In this document: positions 61,301 to 64,000 of the stretch, piece after piece
Layout: each line of letters begins with the position of its first letter
How positions within the stretch are numbered: position 1 is the stretch's first letter
DNA from: Podarcis gaigeae
Lineage: Eukaryota
Assembly (NCBI GenBank): GCA_964106915.2
Contig: OZ066921.1
Direction: 5' to 3' (one strand)
DNA: 64,000 nucleotides
Notes under the pieces: model-generated
Told to the model about the DNA's origin: nothing
Database searches by the model: none
What the model saw: only the letters and a program-made list of their open reading frames with translations
Translations under genes and position numbers: made by a program

Positions 61301-63227
61301 CATGTGCCTACATTCCTAAGAGGGGTAGTCTTAACCCTCCTACACCATGTAGCTTCCCTGCCTAGAATTTCACTTCACTACTTTTGCTTTTCTCCTACCA
61401 TCATGTGGAAGGGACCATTCACTTCTGCATCCTAGTCTAGCAATGTGTCCCTGGAGGAGAAGCATGACTAGTTGGGCCTCTCAACACTGCAGAATTGATG
61501 TGTGGTATTCTGCATAAAGTACAGCTTCCATAGTTCCAGTCTACTCTGGAATGGTATTGCTCCTTCATATTCCAGTGTTTTGGAATGTACTCTAGAAACC
61601 TTGAGAGAAGGAGATTGTCTATTGCACTTAATTCCTGTTTTCAGTGTCACCCAGAGGGTATTCCACCTGCCATTGTTTCCTGTGGGCCAAGCTGCTCTGA
61701 GGCTTCTGCTTCACTGCACAGATGGGAAGCTGCTCCTCATGTTTTTGCTGCATGTGTGCTTGGGTTATTGCGTACAGGTTGTTGGTTCTTTTAAGGCATT
61801 TAGAGTTTATTTCTGCTCTGCCAGTCCAGTCTAGGAAGATCAAGATGATGGCCCTGTCTGCTGCTCCAGGTGGAGGTGCTATCCCACTGGTTGGGAATGC
61901 CCTCCAGGAGAAGCAGAACAGGAATTCACAGTAAGAAATGTCCCTTTCTGCATATAGCATGCAGCATCAGTAATGCCTACATACAGAGGCAACATGGGTG
62001 TTGTGTTTACTTCCTTGCCAGCATAGTTTCCTTTTCCACCTGGTTCCTGGATGTAGATGTTACCAGTGTGGGACCTGATTACATAGAAATGATCTTGGTA
62101 ATGTAGGAATTGACCCTAAGAAGCATCACCAGCCTTTTCTGTGCCAAACTGCAGTGTTACAGTCTAGCCCACTTGCTTTCCATCATGTCTAGATAGAACA
62201 TTACTAGATTGATTTTAGAAAAAAGAGAAGTTCTTTAGGTCTGAGTCTACCTTTTCCCCCATTACAGATGCATCAGCAAGGAATCCTGAAAACCGATGAT
62301 TTGATCACACGATTCTTCCGTCTTTGCACTGAAATGTGTGTTGAGATCAGCTATCGTGCTCAAGCTGAGCAGCAGCACAACCCCGCTGCCAATCCCACCA
62401 TGATCCGTGCCAAGTGTTACCACAACCTGGATGCCTTTGTGCGCCTCATTGCACTGCTGGTGAAGCACTCTGGGGAGGCCACCAACACAGTCACCAAGAT
62501 CAACTTGCTCAACAAGGTTGGGAGCACCCTCCCCCCCCCCCTGTACCCATCTATCTTGAGTTTGTGAGAATGGGTAGTATACTTGAGAATTGTGATGACT
62601 GAGGCTGGTGGGAGTTGTAGTCCATGGGGCCAGGTTGGCAAAGGTTTCCTTATTAAATGAATGGGAACTGGTGCAGCATGTTTTTTTTACAAACACAGAC
62701 TAGGAGTTCCATGTTTTTAAATCGTGCTCAATCTATGGATGATGTTTGGCAGGTGATTGCCTCCTCTGTAAAAGATATCCTTAGCTACATTGTAAAGAAT
62801 GTCAGTGTACTATGCAGGATGTACTTGGAGCACTTAGGAAAAGCATTACATAAATCTGAATAAGGGTTTGAAATGTGCATATCTCTCGTTCACTTACATG
62901 TGAAAGGGCAGAAAATATTATTGTAAAGTTGCAGTCAAGATTGCCAGTTTGTTGTATTGTCTTCAAAAAATACTGAGTATGTGCATGAATTCCAGTTGGC
63001 ATTGCAGTAATTATAAGCATACATAAAAGTTGCATTCTGAGCGCATTGCCTTTTTACCTCTAGGTTCTTGGGATAGTTGTGGGAGTCCTTTTGCAGGATC
63101 ATGATGTTCGTCAAAGTGAATTCCAGCAGCTTCCCTACCACCGCATTTTCATCATGTTGCTGTTAGAATTAAATGCTCCTGAGCATGTCCTGGAAACCAT
63201 AAACTTTCAGACACTCACAGCCTTCTG
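22863..63227 (+). CDS. CNOT1: CCR4-NOT transcription complex subunit 1; span of visible coding exons 3-41 (start codon in gap, 3' end beyond window)
   Basis: 39 exons splice in consistent phase into a protein recognisable as vertebrate CNOT1 ([16 protein letters not shown]... FQTLTAF). Confidence 0.98.
24282..24380 (+). CDS. CNOT1: CNOT1 exon 4
   Basis: [33 protein letters not shown]. Confidence 0.95.
24824..24892 (+). CDS. CNOT1: CNOT1 exon 5
   Basis: [23 protein letters not shown]. Confidence 0.95.
26209..26263 (+). CDS. CNOT1: CNOT1 exon 6
   Basis: [18 protein letters not shown]. Confidence 0.93.
27267..27298 (+). repeat. (TC)16 microsatellite forming the exon 7 polypyrimidine tract
   Basis: Direct observation. 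Confidence 0.95.
27303..27506 (+). CDS. CNOT1: CNOT1 exon 7 (GC donor)
   Basis: [19 protein letters not shown]...FLKTLRR; donor GCAAGT at 27507. Confidence 0.93.
28397..28565 (+). CDS. CNOT1: CNOT1 exon 8
   Basis: [20 protein letters not shown]...EVGYGFCT. Confidence 0.95.
28955..29081 (+). CDS. CNOT1: CNOT1 exon 9
   Basis: [12 protein letters not shown]...GIPLQ. Confidence 0.95.
30135..30245 (+). CDS. CNOT1: CNOT1 exon 10
   Basis: [13 protein letters not shown]...[13 protein letters not shown]. Confidence 0.95.
30685..31305 (+). mobile_element. L2-clade LINE 3' fragment with (TTA)n tail
   Basis: [34 protein letters not shown]; closely related to 41936-42858; one TGG>TGA stop. Confidence 0.85.
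32140..32310 (+). CDS. CNOT1: CNOT1 exon 11
   Basis: [18 protein letters not shown]...RPWKHAEGQ. Confidence 0.95.
32359..32725 (+). mobile_element. Sauria SINE, full length
   Basis: tRNA-like head, (ACCTTT)n tail, TSD ttctctctca (32347-32356 / 32726-32735). Confidence 0.9.
32754..33008 (-). mobile_element. Sauria SINE, 5'-truncated, antisense
   Basis: Reverse complement matches the body and tail of 19602-19962. Confidence 0.85.
33319..33446 (+). CDS. CNOT1: CNOT1 exon 12
   Basis: [21 protein letters not shown]...NREIAT. Confidence 0.95.
34019..34259 (+). CDS. CNOT1: CNOT1 exon 13
   Basis: [16 protein letters not shown]...LHYAWHGQ. Confidence 0.95.
35283..35402 (+). CDS. CNOT1: CNOT1 exon 14
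   Basis: [40 protein letters not shown]. Confidence 0.95.
36696..36818 (+). CDS. CNOT1: CNOT1 exon 15
   Basis: [41 protein letters not shown]. Confidence 0.95.
37047..37198 (+). CDS. CNOT1: CNOT1 exon 16
   Basis: [21 protein letters not shown]...LACLQACA. Confidence 0.95.
37924..38074 (+). CDS. CNOT1: CNOT1 exon 17
   Basis: [19 protein letters not shown]...DAISPVQ. Confidence 0.95.
38202..38337 (+). ncRNA. SNORA50: H/ACA box snoRNA SNORA50 (ACA50) in CNOT1 intron 17
   Basis: Two hairpins (agcaccat..atggtgct; cttgtt..aacaag) and an ACA box at 38332-38334, 3 nt from the end. Matches recalled human SNORA50A (TTTGAACCTGA..GACTTGTTATAACTGGGGCTC..CTGCTCTTTTAAAAACAAGG), which is hosted in CNOT1. 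Confidence 0.92.
38898..39102 (+). CDS. CNOT1: CNOT1 exon 18
   Basis: [15 protein letters not shown]...[10 protein letters not shown]. Confidence 0.95.
39376..39519 (+). CDS. CNOT1: CNOT1 exon 19 (alternative acceptor 39379, alternative donor after 39504)
   Basis: [47 protein letters not shown]. Confidence 0.92.
41701..42909. mobile_element. Short inverted-repeat element (DIRS-like termini) interrupted by an L2 insertion
   Basis: ggttgcttatctgtaactagctctttgagtggtc (41702-41735) versus the reverse complement of 42874-42909, ggttgctttcctgtcactgtagttctttgagcggtc. Confidence 0.55.
41936..42858 (+). mobile_element. 5'-truncated L2-clade LINE, C-terminal RT ORF still open
   Basis: PSKTEVL...[14 protein letters not shown]...[14 protein letters not shown]...[13 protein letters not shown], open to the stop at 42678; (TTA)n tail. 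Confidence 0.9.
43071..43195 (+). CDS. CNOT1: CNOT1 exon 20
   Basis: [41 protein letters not shown]. Confidence 0.95.
44013..44299 (+). CDS. CNOT1: CNOT1 exon 21
   Basis: [11 protein letters not shown]...AALDRFKN. Confidence 0.95.
46015..46222 (+). mobile_element. CR1 LINE 3' end
   Basis: ...gactagatggccctttgtcctaattcagtaggctcttcttgtgtccttgtg, CR1-type terminus. Confidence 0.55.
46414..46492 (+). CDS. CNOT1: CNOT1 exon 22
   Basis: [26 protein letters not shown]. Confidence 0.95.
47600..47830 (+). CDS. CNOT1: CNOT1 exon 23
   Basis: [18 protein letters not shown]...SFKKDVP. Confidence 0.95.
48494..48634 (+). CDS. CNOT1: CNOT1 exon 24 (GC donor)
   Basis: [14 protein letters not shown]...[11 protein letters not shown]; donor GCAAGT at 48635. 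Confidence 0.93.
49190..49283 (+). mobile_element. L2-type 3' end
   Basis: taagccacccagagtagctggggaaacccagccagatgggtgggatataaataataaa + (tta)n. Confidence 0.6.
49607..49786 (+). CDS. CNOT1: CNOT1 exon 25
   Basis: [15 protein letters not shown]...ETYRNIK. Confidence 0.95.
50555..50671 (+). CDS. CNOT1: CNOT1 exon 26
   Basis: [39 protein letters not shown]. Confidence 0.95.
50871..50981 (+). CDS. CNOT1: CNOT1 exon 27
   Basis: [37 protein letters not shown]. Confidence 0.95.
51448..51525 (+). CDS. CNOT1: CNOT1 exon 28
   Basis: [26 protein letters not shown]. Confidence 0.95.
51805..51982 (+). CDS. CNOT1: CNOT1 exon 29
   Basis: [14 protein letters not shown]...ELPPITTT. Confidence 0.95.
52474..52604 (+). 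CDS. CNOT1: CNOT1 exon 30
   Basis: [43 protein letters not shown]. Confidence 0.95.
52730..53026 (+). CDS. CNOT1: CNOT1 exon 31
   Basis: [16 protein letters not shown]...NSFATALR. Confidence 0.95.
54581..54721 (+). CDS. CNOT1: CNOT1 exon 32
   Basis: [47 protein letters not shown]. Confidence 0.95.
54804..54908 (+). CDS. CNOT1: CNOT1 exon 33
   Basis: [35 protein letters not shown]. Confidence 0.95.
55006..55125 (+). CDS. CNOT1: CNOT1 exon 34
   Basis: [24 protein letters not shown]...AQPMK. Confidence 0.95.
55620..55811 (+). CDS. CNOT1: CNOT1 exon 35
   Basis: [15 protein letters not shown]...AALGLLQK. Confidence 0.95.
56389..56531 (+). CDS. CNOT1: CNOT1 exon 36
   Basis: [25 protein letters not shown]...WCNKQIT. 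Confidence 0.95.
57995..58103 (+). CDS. CNOT1: CNOT1 exon 37
   Basis: [36 protein letters not shown]. Confidence 0.95.
58190..58359 (+). CDS. CNOT1: CNOT1 exon 38
   Basis: [18 protein letters not shown]...HSRGNAPE. Confidence 0.95.
59608..59839 (+). CDS. CNOT1: CNOT1 exon 39 (possible alternative donor after 59860)
   Basis: [13 protein letters not shown]...KAFSAFVGQ. Confidence 0.95.
62268..62516 (+). CDS. CNOT1: CNOT1 exon 40
   Basis: [17 protein letters not shown]...TKINLLNK. Confidence 0.95.
63064..63227 (+). CDS. CNOT1: CNOT1 exon 41
   Basis: [29 protein letters not shown]...FQTLTAF. Confidence 0.95.
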
Positions 63228-64000
63228 GTAGGTATCATTTAATTGACTAGAGGACACTTTGGGTCTTTTGGCTCTAGAGTTCTGTGATTTGCATTGAGTC
63301 TACACCAGTTCACTTTAGTTAACACTAATTTTGTGTAATTCTAAATATGTTGATGGAGTCTATTTTGGTTACTGGAATAATTGCACATTAAGAAAATGTG
63401 TGGGCATATGTGGGATTCTTTCCCTACACGGACTGTTCTCTAGTGTATGGAACCAATGCTTATCAGCCTCTTGGTGTGAGGGAAGGGTTTTTATACTGCT
63501 CTGTCTTAATCTCTCTGGAGTCCCACATTGGGATCTGCAGCTGTGGAGCTGGATTTAGAACATTCTCGGGCTTTAGCCAGACTCAATCCCTGGTCAAGTT
63601 GGGACATTGACCCTGTGTTCCACTCAGGAGTGGTGCTATTATAGTTGTACAGACTGCCATCTGGACACCTATGGGAATTTATGGCAACTAAAACGCTCCT
63701 TTACTTTAGTGAATCTGTTTATTAAAACTGTGATTTCTATATGGTACATTATTGTCTTGGATCTTAATTGTGCATCTTTTACTACATTTGAATGGTTTGG
63801 GGCCACCATCATTCCTTGGAGAAATATTTGATGCACTTTTAAAATAAATGGCAAACTTACTTGTACAGTTTTATAAAATCCACAGATTTTTGGCATTAAA
63901 TGCAGTGGAAGGAATAAGTTGTAGTTTGATTGCTTTGGAATTATTGGGCAGGAGACAGAGGGGCTTTACAGAAGGGCATTACGACTACCCATAGGCCACA

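Noticed and set aside
59525-62696. 150-aa and 144-aa minus-strand ORFs
   Set aside because: Antisense shadows of CNOT1 exons 39 and 40.

Overview
Vertebrate genomic DNA from a squamate lizard, probably a lacertid, judging by Sauria SINEs with (ACCTTT)n tails and L2/CR1 and hAT/Tc1 MITE content. It holds two + strand spliced genes. (1) 1-7115: the last 9 coding exons of an intact cathepsin A-like S10 serine carboxypeptidase with a complete Ser/Asp/His triad. It appears to be a CTSA paralogue, since mammalian CTSA is not next to CNOT1. (2) From a CpG-island promoter at about 9.4-11 kb: CNOT1 exons 1-41, running off the end of the window. The start codon in exon 2 is hidden in a 204-N gap, two introns use GC donors, and SNORA50 sits in intron 17. 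The most notable observations are: a piece of the carboxypeptidase's last intron and exon copied into CNOT1 intron 2 with its splice acceptor deleted; a candidate stop-first alternative terminal or poison exon in CNOT1 intron 31; a strong-Kozak uORF in CNOT1 exon 2; and tail-to-tail inverted SINEs in intron 11. I found no wholly new multi-gene system. Exon numbers follow my recollection of human CNOT1, and no database search was run.
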